A stretch of DNA of 62,860 nucleotides, counting the filler, from Octopus bimaculoides (Eukaryota): NCBI RefSeq assembly GCF_001194135.2. It is 2 parts of 2 records of this genome, joined end to end, with 100 filler letters (N's around TTAATTAATTAA, not from the genome) between each part and the next. Parts side by side here need not be neighbours in the genome. Positions count along the whole stretch, not along the records: positions 1 to 31,185 come from NC_068991.1; 1 more part is not named here. The stretch is one strand, 5' to 3'. A model generated the notes under the pieces. That model was not told the origin of the DNA. It made no database searches and saw only the letters and a list, made by a program, of their open reading frames with translations. Both the position numbers and the translations under genes were made by a program. This document shows, piece by piece, positions 1-12,885 of the stretch; position 1 is the stretch's first letter, and each line of letters opens with the position of its first letter.

Positions 1-292
1 TCACTGTTTAATAGTTTTTTTCTTTTTTTTTTGCCTTTTTTGTTAAGAATCCAAATATCCACTTGGCTATTATTACTGAAACGATGAATGAAATCAAAAT
101 GTTTCCCTTTCTTTTTTTTTTCTCTACTTTTCATTTTCTTTTTTTTTTTCTTCTTTTTTTTCCCCTGGTTTGTATCATAACTTGTCTCAGCAAAATGTGA
201 ACAACCAAAAAAAAAAGAAGAAAAAAACAAAAACAAAAAAAATCTAAAAAGTTGCTGTTCTCCTTTTTTCCTTACCATATTTGCACTTTTAG

Positions 293-359
293 ATCGTCAT
301 TTCATTACGAAGTATACAACCCAGTTCTATTCAACGTGGCATATGTTGGCAGGACTATG
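293..359 (+). CDS. Candidate internal exon of an unidentified host gene
   Basis: Strong acceptor (tccttttttccttaccatatttgcacttttAG) and donor ATG|GTACGG. All three + frames are open (phase-0 frame IVISLRSIQPSSIQRGICWQDY) and all - frames contain stops. No homology recognised. Confidence 0.3.
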
Positions 360-534
360 GTACGGCTTATACAAATACCAAAATCAATCAGATGAAATAC
401 ACAAAAAAAAAAATATATAAATATATATATAAAATATAATAAATAAGAAATAAAATAAAATAAAATAAAATGAAAGCAATATAAATTATAATACATTCAC
501 AAATATATTTACATAGCAACACAACATCTTTCAG

Positions 535-667
535 GTATTGTTGGCTATAATAGTCAAGAGAATAGAACACATTCATATATTGTTCATACATACACCAGGA
601 AAATATATTCTCGCTTAGCACTGGTCCATAGCAACAGAATCTTTTTCAGTTATTGGTGGCTGTTATA
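535..667 (+). CDS. Candidate exon in phase with 293-359
   Basis: Acceptor acaacatctttcAG|G. Spliced to 293-359 it reads GIVGYNSQENRTHSYIVHTYTRKIYSRLALVHSNRIFFSYWWLL, ending at donor ATA|GTAATT or at TAG TAA. A competing minus-strand model exists (see findings). Confidence 0.25.
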
Positions 668-727
668 GTAATTTGTGATACAAAATACATTCATAAGTTG
701 TCCACTTTAGTCTGGAAAATATGTTCA

Positions 728-759
<32 letters not shown>

Positions 760-819
760 TACACACATACACACACACTTGGGTATATTTTCTTGATCAT
801 CATTGTTGTTGTTGTTGTT

Positions 820-1000
820 GTTGTTTTAACATCCAAATTCTCCATTCTTGCATAGGATTGGATGAAGTTTATGAAACAGGTTTTCTCTGGCTGGATACCC
901 TTCTTATTGCCAACCTTTGCCTGGTTTCAAGCAAGGTAATATTTCCCTGTGACCAGACATGTTTTTGGACAATATTGGAAATGAATCTGACCCTACTTGT
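820..1000 (-). mobile_element. Decayed SINE 3' part (GAT/CAA-tailed family)
   Basis: Antisense of the tail seen at 1780-1936 (ctggatacccttcttattgccaacc), ending in (TTG)n/(TCA)n. Confidence 0.6.
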
Positions 1001-1186
1001 TTCACAGCAACACTCATTTACAACTTCAACATGAAGTCAAGAAAAGGAGACACAAACACACACTCTCTCACACATGCACATATATAATATACACAGATTC
1101 TCTCTGGGAATATTGATCTTCAGGTAGATATGTTATAAATAATAGCATGTAAAGAAACACACCCACACATACATATATAGATGTAT

Positions 1187-1390
1187 AGGGTAAAGGATAA
1201 AGACCCCCTTCGATCATGGATGATTGTGGTATTGTACCTAGAAAGTTCCCCTCTGAAGCAGAAGTCTGGGTAAGGTTGTTTGTGGAAGACCAGCAGTTAC
1301 CCATGCATACAGGACTTCCTCTCCATACCACTGGTGTTGTCCAAGGGAAAGGTAAAGGCTGATACAGCTTGGCACCAGTGACATTGCGAT
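1187..1390 (-). mobile_element. SINE 3' part (family ending ...gaagggggtctttaccc)
   Basis: Reverse complement of the 6600-6818 copy. Confidence 0.8.
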
Positions 1391-1397
1391 ATATATG

Positions 1398-1464
<67 letters not shown>

Positions 1465-1469
1465 TGATG

Positions 1470-1936
1470 ACTGGCACACGAGCCAGTGGAGTGCTAACAG
1501 CACCATCCGAGCGGGATCACTGCCAGAAGCAGCTGTCTGACTTCCATGTCAGTGGCACGTAAAAAACACCGTTTGAGTGTGATCGTTACCAGTGTCACCT
1601 TACTGGCACTTGTGCCGGTGGCACAGGAACAAAACATTCGAGCGAGGTCATTGCCAGTGCCGCTGGACTGACTCCAGTGCAGGTGGTATGTAAAAGACAA
1701 ACCATTTGAGTGTGGCTGTTGCCAGTACTGCCAGACTGGCCCTCGTGCCGGTGGCACGTAAAAGCGCCCACTACACTCTTAAAGTGGTTGGCGTTAAGAA
1801 GGACATCCACCTGTAGAAACTCTGCCAGATCAGATTGGTGCCTGATGCAGCCATCTGGTTTCACCAGTCCTCAGTCAAATCGTCCAACCCATGCTAGCAT
1901 GGAAAGTGGATGTTAAACGATGATGATGATGATGAC
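1470..1936 (+). mobile_element. SINE with internal ~65-bp tandem array and (GAT)n tail
   Basis: Ends catgctagcatggaaagtggatgttaaacga(tga)n. Same family as 12077-12296. Internal units start gtggcacgtaaaa. Confidence 0.85.
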
Positions 1937-2471
1937 AAGTTGGTGACTGAACCACATGCTTCTGGGTTCAGTTTCAATATGTGACACCTTAGACAATAAT
2001 TTTCTACTATAGTCTCATGCTATGAGTGAATTTGATAGACAGAAATTGAAAGAAGCTCTTTATGTTATATAATAGGTATGTGTGTAAAGTGTATCAATGT
2101 GAGTTTGGCATTGCTCTTTGTTTGTCCCCTACCTTAAAAGGTTGTTGTTTATGGCTGGTCAAATAGTGACCATTGGTCACCCATAATTGTTTTTACAGCT
2201 AAAAGCCTTATAGGAATGAAACCAATGGTCACTCCCTGACCAACCAGTGTTGCTTTGTTTATGTCCCCATAACTTAATAATTCAGGAAAAGTGATCAATA
2301 GGAAAAGTAACACTTGACAAAAAAAAAAAGTAGTGAGGTCAATTTGTTCGACTAGACCCATCAAATAGGTGCCCCAGAATGGGTGTAGTCTAATGATTGA
2401 AGCAAGTTTAAAGAAATACATACATACATACATACATACATACATAGTATATATACATACATACATAAATA

Positions 2472-2514
<43 letters not shown>

Positions 2515-2620
2515 GACATATACACATGCATATGCAGATATATTTCCCATTTCCTGACTGCTAATGTCAGCAATTCTAGAAACCAGAAATAACAATAAAT
2601 TGTAATAATACTTCCCACTA

Positions 2621-2660
<40 letters not shown>

Positions 2661-3309
2661 TTAGAAATGGATTTTCCCTTAGATTTCTATCAGTGTTGTT
2701 AATAATGTTGCATTTATTGGTTGTTTTTATTATTTCTGTTGTTCTTATTGTTGTTTGCACTTAAAAGAAAAAACAAAGAAAAAAGCTATTCACTTTTGTT
2801 TTTAACATAAATCATTTCGGCTGAATCAGGTACTTTATATTTCTTTTATCACCAGTTATATTGTTTTTATTGTTGTTGTTGTTGTTGTTGTTGCTATTGC
2901 TTTTGTGATTGTCCTGAATGATATTGTCAATGTCATGTAACTGATTCCCCCGCCTCCGCCACCAGATCTTCTCCACCACTACCACAACCATTGGTTACTA
3001 TAAACAAATCATCTGTTCGGATTTGGCGAGAAATTGCAGGAACATCTTTCTTGGATTGAGACAGCGACCACCTAATCATTAGCACACCTGACAAGATGTC
3101 TAGTGGCATGTCTTCCAACTTTACATTTATGAGTTCATATTCTACAAAGCCAGGCTTTGCTTTTCAGCCTTTTGGAGTTGATAAAATAAATACCATTTGA
3201 TCCCTGGAGACAATTTAATTGAATAGACACCAAAATTTCAGGCCTTGTGCTTATATTAGAAACACGTGAGAGGTACTGCTTATTTTGAGCCCTTGTGGCC
3301 AATAAAACG

Positions 3310-3580
3310 AATTAATTATTATTATCATTATTATTACTATTATTATTATTATTATTATCATTGTTCAGTAGTTTTATTTTTATAACGTGCTTTCACTTCA
3401 CTACCGAGCGCAGCTCTGTGCGCCTTAGGTATGTGCTGTGGTTTGCTGTGGTGCTCTTATGTTTACTGTATTGAAAGTGTTTTGCGTAGAATGTGTGCAG
3501 TACCCAGTAGTGCAATTTTCTGTATGTTATATATATTTGTAAGTCCTGGTGTTTTTGTTATGTATTTGTCTGAATATTTT
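3310..3580 (-). mobile_element. 3' end of an R4/Dong-like (REL-endonuclease) non-LTR retrotransposon
   Basis: Minus frame KYSDKYITKTPGLTNIYNIQKIALLGTAHILRKTLSIQ* (stop at 3463-3465) matches the QKxxLLGTAxILRK C-terminus typical of R4/Dong elements. Followed by an (AAT)n tail. Confidence 0.75.
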
Positions 3581-3589
3581 TTTCTCATA

Positions 3590-3690
3590 CCTAATAAGTA
3601 CCAGTTATGCACAGGGGTCGATGTAATCGGCTTAATCCCCTTGTCTTTCCTTGTTTGTCCCCTCTATGTTCATCCCTCCATGGGCAATAA
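3590..3690 (+). mobile_element. SINE 3' fragment (family of 50308-50540)
   Basis: aagtaccagtt...ggggtcgatgtaatc...gggcaataaagaaata shared with the 29236 and 50308 copies. Confidence 0.75.
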
Positions 3691-3841
3691 AGAAATATAT
3701 CCCAGTTTAAGCTTCCAGACCAAAATTAATATTAATAGACTCTATCTCTCTTCTCCTCTCTCTCTCTTTCTCTATATCTCTCCCTCCTCCCTCCAAATAT
3801 AAACACATGCACTCAATCATTATATCTGTATGTCCACATAC

Positions 3842-3891
3842 TGAACTCGTCTGAAATAATCCCCCACTCTCACACCAACTGTCCTGTGACT
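3842..3891 (-). CDS. Candidate 50-nt exon
   Basis: Very T-rich acceptor (catttttgcattttgtgtttggcttttgacAG) and donor TCA|GTATGT. Two frames open: xSQDSWCESGGLFQTSS or SHRTVGVRVGDYFRRV. Confidence 0.3.
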
Positions 3892-4266
3892 CTGTCAAAA
3901 GCCAAACACAAAATGCAAAAATGCTGACAGCAACAATTTATTGTTGTAGACATGGCACATGCATTTGTCATGGATGATTCCATTATATTACAAGAAATCT
4001 CACGTCCGATTCCAATCTAAAAGAAAAATCTAGCATAATTAGAATTGACTGCCAAACATCGTTTTCTGTTCTTATTGGCTGAGAATTATGTTTCGCTATT
4101 ATCTATAGATGTGTGTGTATGTGTGTGTGTGTCTGTGTGTGTGTGTGTGCACATACTCACACAGGGACATATTTTTATACACAGATGAGTATGTGTCTAT
4201 CTGTATGTTTATACATGTAAGTATGTATGCATGTGTGTATGTGAATATTTGTTCATGTGTATATAC

Positions 4267-4353
<87 letters not shown>

Positions 4354-5039
4354 CACACACAAACAACTAATACACATAAATATATGTATGTATGATGGAT
4401 ACATGTTTATGTGTGCATGTGTGAGTTGAAATCTCTGTATGTGTATACACACATGCTGAAAGAGACATATGTATCTGTGTGTATATATATGTGTATATAT
4501 TTGAGTGAATATTTCTGTGTGTACATACATGTATGTGTGATGAGAACAAAATCCCATTGTCACATTTCCATCAACTTTACTGCTGGGAATATTCTCAAGA
4601 TCTCCTGAGAATATTCCATGATAATCTTCCTGCTACAATTTGAAACATCTTTTAGTATACTAGCAAATCTACCCATCTTCAATGGAGGCATAAAACGAGG
4701 GAGGAAAGTCATAACAGCAGTATGTATTGAGAAATGTGTAAATGGACTTGATAGATTACTGGGTGATGTCTTAGAGAGAAATCACATTATTGTTGGTGAT
4801 ACAGTATTCTATTGCAGCTATATGACATGTGTTTGCGACTAAGTGACATGTGATGACGATTCACTCCCGAACAGAAAAAGGCTCCCAGCCTCTGTATCAT
4901 AAATGTTTACGTGGACCACTCCTAATGAAAGCCATGCTTTACATTTCATTTTTCTGTGGTCAATGAAAGGGTACCAATTTAGAGTAGAGGATTGGCAGAA
5001 CTGTAAGATCATCAGACCTGATGCCTTACAGCATTTGTT

Positions 5040-5538
5040 CCAATTCTTTGAATTCTAAACCTTCCAACTTCAAAACCTAGCATGGCCAACTTGTGTGGTA
5101 GATTTGACCAGTGACCCAGTGTAACACAACTGCCTAACTGCTTGAGTCGTGTCAGTAGAGTCCAGTCCATGGCAAAAATTTAAAGCAAGTCTCTAATCTG
5201 ATATTAACTTCCTACTTCCTTCCCATCAGCCTCAGCAACTCTGCAAAGGATCGAAAGTGCAGTGCTTCCTTCCTGTGTATAAGATGAAAAGCACTTTGGT
5301 TCTTAGCCTAATACATTAGTAGTAGCTGTCTATTCAGAAATATAGCAAGGGTGTAGGTGAAATTTCCATCCTTGTAGAGACCTTAACCTTATCTGGTCTT
5401 ACCAAATTTATCCTGTATTAAATTTGCACTTGATTCTCCTACTTTCTCCATAATTTGATCCATTATGTTGAGGCCTGATTAAATTTCCTTTCCCTTATTC
5501 CATTTATATTCTAGCAGATAATAATAATAATAATAATG

Positions 5539-5613
<75 letters not shown>

Positions 5614-5645
5614 ACAACAACAACACTGATGATGATAATAATAAT

Positions 5646-5704
<59 letters not shown>

Positions 5705-6250
5705 TGAAGTGGACATTTTCAGAAAATATTATTAAATAACTAACTGGCCAAAGTGACACATCCAGAAAAATTCCAACACATCCAAAGAACTTTCAGTACT
5801 TCCGAAACTTCTGACCAATTTTCCCTCCTCGGTCTTCTTCAGTTCTTCAAGCAAAATTCATTCATTACATCTTCACTGACTATATTGTATAGTTGAAACT
5901 TTGTGCAGTTTTCTACTTGTAGTAAGCCATACAACCTATCGCATTAATCACTGAAGTAGTATTTAGCATTATTTCAGAGTAACACATCGATACCTCTTTC
6001 ATTCTATAGTAACCTAAAGCAACTGTGTGTCTGTTTTGGTTAAAGACGTGTGGCTCCTTCATGTTGTATTCCTTCTTTATTCTGCTGTAGCATCTTGCAT
6101 TTAAAATTATTTCTCTGACTCCTATTTTTGTGAGATTGTCCCCTCAGAAAATATCCTGTTCTATATTTCTTTTACACTGCAACAAACTCAATACCTAGCT
6201 CACCAACTGCTGTATATACCTAAATGACTTATTGTTACTAAGCTTAAGAT
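5040..6250 (-). mobile_element. Highly decayed RTE-clade LINE RT fragment
   Basis: Minus-strand peptides LFNNIF, IKLWRK, AIFLNRQLLLMY*AKNQS (cf. AIFLVRQLQEKYLAKNK) and EGLEFKEL (cf. EGLESKGL) occur in RTE RT order. Many stops and frameshifts. Left and right limits approximate. Confidence 0.6.
5518..5703. repeat. Compound (AAT)n/(GAT)n/(CAA)n microsatellite
   Basis: Directly visible; interrupts the RTE relic. Confidence 0.95.
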
Positions 6251-6433
6251 ACAAAGTACTATACATCCAAGGGTTATATAGTGATATAGCTAAAGTATGT
6301 GGCCCTTGAGTTTTCCACCAACCCGCCTCCACCAAATTTCAGGCCTTGTGCCTTTAGTAGAAAGGATTATTATTATTATTATTTATTAATTTTTATTATT
6401 ATTATTATTACTATTATTATTACTACTACTACT

Positions 6434-6482
6434 ACGCAAGAGTGGCTGTGTGGTAAGTAGCTTGCTTACCAACCACATGGTT
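6434..6482 (+). mobile_element. Isolated tRNA-like SINE head (gcaggagtggctgtgtggtaag family)
   Basis: Matches the 5' ends of 25172 and 27044; truncated by the next SINE. Confidence 0.75.
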
Positions 6483-6818
6483 AGTGGTTAGAATGTAGGG
6501 CTCACAATCATGAGGCAATGAGTTCGATTCCTGGACCAGGTTGTGTTGTGTTCTTGAGCAAGACACTTAATTTCGCATTACTCCAGTTCATTCAGCTGTA
6601 GAAATGAGTTCTGTGATGTCACTGGTGCCAAGCTGTATCAGCCTTTGTTTTTTCCTTGGGTAACATCAGCAATGTGGAGAGGGGAGGCTGGCATGCATGG
6701 GTGACTGCTGATCTTCCATAAACAACCTTGCCTGGACTTGTGCCTTGGAGGGTAACTTTCTAGATGCAATCTCATGGTCATTCATGACTAGAGAGGGAGG
6801 GGGGGGGTCTTTACCTTA
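6483..6818 (+). mobile_element. tRNA-derived SINE
   Basis: A-box-like agtggttag and B box gagttcgattcc; 3' part matches 1187-1390. Confidence 0.8.
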
Positions 6819-7100
6819 TAGGGCTAAAATATACAAGTATCTCTAGCAGATGGAAAATTGAAAGATTTACAGGATTTCTATGCATATGTATGTCCTCAAT
6901 TAAAAGTGTGCACTATGACCGCATGCTTAAACAAATTTACACACACATACACATGCACACACACACCCAAACATGGATGGACAGACAGAAACACATACAC
7001 ACATGTGGTGTCTCTTAATAGATAAATAACACAAAGGAGAGAATTATTCCTTCATAATAACTGTCAGCATTAAAAGTTTGTGAATACACATTCACATGAG

Positions 7101-7132
<32 letters not shown>

Positions 7133-7758
7133 NNNNNNNNNNNNNNNNNNNNNNNNNNNNNNNNNNNNNNNNNNNNNNNNNNNNNNNNNNNNNNNNNNNN
7201 NNNNNNNNNNNNNNNNNNNNNNNNNNNNNNNNNNNNNNNNNNNNNNNNNNNNNNNNNNNNNNNNNNNNNNNNNNNNNNNNNNNNNNNNNNNNNNNNNNNN
7301 NNNNNNNNNNNNNNNNNNNNNNNNNNNNNNNNNNNNNNNNNNNNNNNNNNNNNNNNNNNNNNNNNNNNNNNNNNNNNNNNNNNNNNNNNNNNNNNNNNNN
7401 NNNNNNNNNNNNNNNNNNNNNNNNNNNNNNNNNNNNNNNNNNNNNNNNNNNNNNNNNNNNNNNNNNNNNNNNNNNNNNNNNNNNNNNNNNNNNNNNNNNN
7501 NNNNNNNNNNNNNNNNNNNNNNNNNNNNNNNNNNNNNNNNNNNNNNNNNNNNNNNNNNNNNNNNNNNNNNNNNNNNNNNNNNNNNNNNNNNNNNNNNNNN
7601 NNNNNNNNNNNNNNNNNNNNNNNNNNNNNNNNNNNNNNNNNNNNNNNNNNNNNNNNNNNNNNNNNNNNNNNNNNNNNNNNNNNNNNNNNNNNNNNNNNNN
7701 NNNNNNNNNNNNNNNNNNNNNNNNNNNNNNNNNNNNNNNNNNNNNNNNNNNNNNNNNN

Positions 7759-7792
<34 letters not shown>

Positions 7793-7793
7793 G

Positions 7794-7824
<31 letters not shown>

Positions 7825-7950
7825 TTACCAATCCACTTGCATGTTAATTCTATGAGCAGGCTGTTCTGTTGATGGGATCAACGGAAATCTTTGTCATCGT
7901 TACTGACTGGGTGCCAGTTTTATATAGATACATACACTTGTGTGTATAAA

Positions 7951-7991
<41 letters not shown>

Positions 7992-8420
7992 GCATGTATA
8001 TGTGTGTATGTTCATAAGCAGTTTGATAATTAAATTATATTTACACTTAACAGACATGTCCACACATCCACGCACATATGTATATTTGCAAATGTGCACA
8101 TACCTATATGGGCATGTGTAATTATAGCTGTATGTGTATATGCTTGTGCATATGTGTGCATATACATGTCCACATGTGTGTGAATGTGTGTGTTTGTATG
8201 TGTGTGTGTATGAGTAGGTGGATGGGTGCGCTCATGTCTTTGTGAAGCTGAAAACAATTAAGAAAGAAACATTCTTTCCCAAATATATTAAGTCTAATTA
8301 GTGTCTTTCAATGGGTTTACATCAATTTGTCATTTAATGAAAGATGAATATTGTGCCTGTCAGTGTACATACCTGTATAGAGACCAAGCTACAACATATA
8401 TATACACACACAAACACACG

Positions 8421-8528
<108 letters not shown>

Positions 8529-9000
8529 NNNNNNNNNNNNNNNNNNNNNNNNNNNNNNNNNNNNNNNNNNNNNNNNNNNNNNNNNNNNNNNNNNNNNNNN
8601 NNNNNNNNNNNNNNNNNNNNNNNNNNNNNNNNNNNNNNNNNNNNNNNNNNNNNNNNNNNNNNNNNNNNNNNNNNNNNNNNNNNNNNNNNNNNNNNNNNNN
8701 NNNNNNNNNNNNNNNNNNNNNNNNNNNNNNNNNNNNNNNNNNNNNNNNNNNNNNNNNNNNNNNNNNNNNNNNNNNNNNNNNNNNNNNNNNNNNNNNNNNN
8801 NNNNNNNNNNNNNNNNNNNNNNNNNNNNNNNNNNNNNNNNNNNNNNNNNNNNNNNNNNNNNNNNNNNNNNNNNNNNNNNNNNNNNNNNNNNNNNNNNNNN
8901 NNNNNNNNNNNNNNNNNNNNNNNNNNNNNNNNNNNNNNNNNNNNNNNNNNNNNNNNNNNNNNNNNNNNNNNNNNNNNNNNNNNNNNNNNNNNNNNNNNNN

Positions 9001-9054
<54 letters not shown>

Positions 9055-9423
9055 ACACATCAACAGGCACGCCCATAAACATGCATGTGCATATACATAC
9101 ATAACTATCTTATGAATATTGTACTTCAAATTTTTATTTTGTGTGAAGAGAATAACCAGAGGGCTCAATTAAAGTGAAATGTCTCAAATTTAGATCAATA
9201 TTTTATACCAAATTTTATATGCAGAGCTAATATGAAGAGTTGTCTTCAGCTTGAAATCAAGCCATGTACTGAACAACATATAGTACTTATTTATATAAAG
9301 TAGATGGAAACTGAAAAAAGCTTGTTGTATATATAATATATATATGTATAAATGATGGAACTCAATGAGTTTTCCTCTACTAAATCCATTCCAAATGCTT
9401 TGATTGACCTTGGACCATTGTAG

Positions 9424-9502
9424 GAAACAGTTACTCAGAGTTCTACACAATGGATCTGAACACAAGAAGCGTGTCTTCACCAGATTTACCACGCCTGCCT
9501 CT
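9424..9502 (+). CDS. Candidate exon (strand ambiguous)
   Basis: Acceptor ggaccattgtAG|G; reads GNSYSEFYTMDLNTRSVSSPDLPRLP; donor CT|GTAAAT. The opposite strand 9435-9500 also has plausible splice sites. Confidence 0.25.
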
Positions 9503-10269
9503 GTAAATGTTAAAATATCCTTATTTTGTTCAGAAATAAGGTTTGTGCAATGCTGTTGAGGCTAGTCCAAAGCCTAAAATACATCTATAATAGTCTCCTG
9601 TCTTTGTAACAAAATCATGGTGGTCTTCCTTTCGTATGAATGATATGTTATGATATTTCTGTTGAAATATTTTGCCTTTGTGTTAATTAATTTCAGATAT
9701 AACGAAAAATTTTGTAAAATAACTGTCGTTATTAATCTGGAATTTGGAACATAATTTAACATGAAATTTTGATAGACGGTTTTAATTTAGACAACTCCAA
9801 AACAACAGCTGTGCGTTAAAGAACCACGGCTGATCTCAGACATGTGGGTATCAAAATGATTAATGGAACTGTCAAATTATTTTTGATTTCCTTCAAATTA
9901 TCTCCCCTTATTATCCATAATTGCTTACAACTATCACAAGGTCTTCCTTTTCCTTTTCTGCCTGTCAAAGATATTCTGATAAATTAAGAATTTATTGTGT
10001 AATGCATTTAGTATGCACCTTGCTTTTAACATGGAATTTTTCTTCAAACTCATATACTTTGAAGTTCATTCCTGCAATATGGCAGTTTACAAAGTGTCTT
10101 CTATTATAGTCAGAGATGGAGTAATGCCATGTAAGTGGAGTTGGTAGAGGAAAACTGTACAGTATGGCACTCCCCTACCTCAGCCTTTCCCCACCCTCCC
10201 CCCATAGCTTAGCCTCCATCTGATACACAGACACAGAATCCTCCAGCTCTGGGTTTGTTGCTTTGTGAG

Positions 10270-10498
10270 TTACATGGTTGCCTTAGTAGTGCCAAAGGCA
10301 TGAGAAAGAAGCACCTGGTATACATTGTAAAGTGGTTGGAGTTAGGAAGGACATCCAGTCAAAGAAACAATGCAACAGCAGACACTTGAGTATGATGCAG
10401 TCTTTTGGCTTGGTGGATCCTTGTCAAACCATCCAATCCATGGAAGCATTTGCACATGGTTGTTAAATGATGATAATGATGATGATGATGATGGTGAT
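10270..10498 (+). mobile_element. Decayed GAT-tailed SINE
   Basis: aaagtggttggagttaggaaggacatccag motif and (GAT)n tail. Confidence 0.7.
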
Positions 10499-10949
10499 GA
10501 TATATATACATATATATACATATGTATATATANNNNNNNNNNNNNNNNNNNNNNNNNNNNNNNNNNNNNNNNNNNNNNNNNNNNNNNNNNNNNNNNNNNN
10601 NNNNNNNNNNNNNNNNNNNNNNNNNNNNNNNNNNNNNNNNNNNNNNNNNNNNNNNNNNNNNNNNNNNNNNNNNNNNNNNNNNNNNNNNNNNNNNNNNNNN
10701 NNNNNNNNNNNNNNNNNNNNNNNNNNNNNNNNNNNNNNNNNNNNNNNNNNNNNNNNNNNNNNNNNNNNNNNNNNNNNNNNNNNNNNNNNNNNNNNNNNNN
10801 NNNNNNNNNNNNNNNNNNNNATATATTCATAACTACATACAGATATGGATATGTGAATGTAAATGTGTTTGCCAGTGAAAGAAAGGGAGAATAAAAATGT
10901 ATATACATACATGTGTATGTATGTATGTATGTATGTATCTCTCTATCTG

Positions 10950-10986
<37 letters not shown>

Positions 10987-11047
10987 TTATCTCCATCTCT
11001 CTGTGTCTCACTCTTTCTCTCTCTGTCTATCTCTTTCTATATCTATA

Positions 11048-11250
11048 TATCATCATCATCATCATCATCATTGAACATCCATTGTCCATGCTGGTATGAG
11101 TTGGACAGTTGGGCTGGTAAGCTGGAAGGCTGCACCAAACTCCAGTCTCATTTAGCATGGTTTTCTACAGTTGGATGCCCTTCCTAAAGCCAACCACTCC
11201 GAGAGTAGTTGCTTTTACGTGCCTGCATGATGTGTGTAATGGGTGCCTTT
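11048..11250 (-). mobile_element. Decayed GAT-tailed SINE 3' part
   Basis: (TCA)n followed by ...ttggatgcccttcctaaagccaaccactccgagagt. Confidence 0.75.
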
Positions 11251-11914
11251 ATGTGCATACACAAGTGCATGCATATCTAAGAACTGATGGAGAAACATTT
11301 AACAAGCATGATTGGGTTGGCTAGATTAGATTAGATATTACAGAATTGAGTGAGTAAGTGAGTATTGCAGGAAACAATTTGATTGAATCTTGTTTAGACG
11401 AGAAAATTATAGCTAAATTCATGAAAATTAATTTGGTCTGCTGAAAACTGTTTAAATCGATTCTCTTGAAATCATTTGACATACTTTCTCCTTATTCTAC
11501 CACTTGAAAAACCTAACAAAATAAAAAAAAAATAATAATAAATGTAAGAAGGGAGAGAGAGTCAGGTAAAAGTGAATATAAATGAATAAATATATAAATA
11601 AATAAATACATAAATGAATAAATGAATAAATGAAAAATAGATAAATACAAAAATCAATACATGTAGAAATAAATATAATAAATAGAAAGTATAATTTCAA
11701 GAAAATATGATTAGCACTAAGTTTAGATGGACTTCAATATTTTTGTTTCCGAAGTGTTGAATGTAGTTGAGAGAATATACTATGTACGCACACACATGTG
11801 TGTACACATGAGCACACTTACACACACAGGCACTCACACACACATATGTACATATATATATATGCACATACCTATGTAGATGTTTGTATGCACATGTATA
11901 TATATATATATATA

Positions 11915-12064
11915 TCATCATCATCATCATCTTCGTTTAACGTCCGCTTTCCATGCTAGCATGGGTTGGACGATTTGACTGAGTACTGGTGAAACCAGAT
12001 GGCTACACCAGGCTCCAATCTGATTTGGCAGAGTTTCTACAGCTGGATGCCCTTCCTAACGCCA
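11915..12064 (-). mobile_element. GAT-tailed SINE 3' end (left arm of an inverted pair)
   Basis: Reverse complement of 12147-12296 with about 5 mismatches in 150 bp. Confidence 0.9.
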
Positions 12065-12076
12065 TATATATATATG

Positions 12077-12296
12077 TTGCCAGTACCACCTGACTGGCCT
12101 TCATGCCGGTCGCACATAAAAGCACCCACTACACTCTCAGAGTGGTTGGCGTTAGGAAGGGCACCCAGCTGTAGAAACTCTGCCAAATCAGATTGGAGCC
12201 TGGTGTAGCCATCTGGTTTCACCAGTCCTCAGTCAAATCGTCCAACCCATGCTAGCATGGAAAGCGGACATAAAACGATGATGATGATGATGATGA
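12077..12296 (+). mobile_element. GAT-tailed SINE, 5'-truncated (right arm of an inverted pair)
   Basis: Same family as 1470-1936; (GAT)n tail. Confidence 0.9.
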
Positions 12297-12321
12297 TATA
12301 CATTTATACATATATCTCTCT

Positions 12322-12510
12322 CTCAATCTTTTTTGCCCCTTGTGGAGCATTGGGCCTCAACAGTTGTTTTCCATTTTTTGCAGTCATTGGCGTGTTTCTT
12401 GACTGTTTCCCATGTCAGGCCTGTGGTCCTGAGCTCGTCAAAAATACTCCACTTCCACGTCTGCTTCGGGCGCCGTCACTTCCTTTGAAATTCTCCCCTT
12501 TCCTCCTAGC
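12322..12510 (-). mobile_element. RTE-clade LINE 3' terminus
   Basis: Minus frame RK*RRPKQTWKWSIFDELRTTGLTWETVKKHANDCKKWKTTVEAQCSTRGKKD*, a typical RTE C-terminus (GRPKxTW...DRxxWRxxVxALC). Confidence 0.75.
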
Positions 12511-12689
12511 GTCAAACTAATATAATTCTTGTGCACATCCTCATGTTTGTTTTCTTCTTTTCGTTTTTTTTCTTTTTGTTTTTTATTCATTTTTTGAATC
12601 GTTTGTTTATTGAATTGTATGCACACACACACACACACACACAATATATATATATTGCAATATTATGATAAGAACCAAATTCTTATCAT

Positions 12690-12815
12690 AATTCAAAGAG
12701 ACCAATAGAATAAGTACTAGGCTTACAAAGAATAAGTCCTGGGGTCGATTTGCTCGACTAAAGGCGGTGCTCCAGCGTGGCCACAGTCAAATGACTGAAA
12801 CAAGTAAAAGATTAA
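12690..12815 (+). mobile_element. SINE 3' part (...ggtgctccagcatggccgcagtcaaatgactgaaacaagtaaaag)
   Basis: Matches the 3' ends of 25172-25572 and 49647-50062. Confidence 0.85.
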
Positions 12816-12841
12816 AAATGTATACATATATATATATATAT

Positions 12842-12885
<44 letters not shown>

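Noticed and set aside
4560-4860. ORF 4618-4842 as an exon or transposase
   Set aside because: No motif recognised in any frame; probably an old repeat adjacent to the RTE relic.
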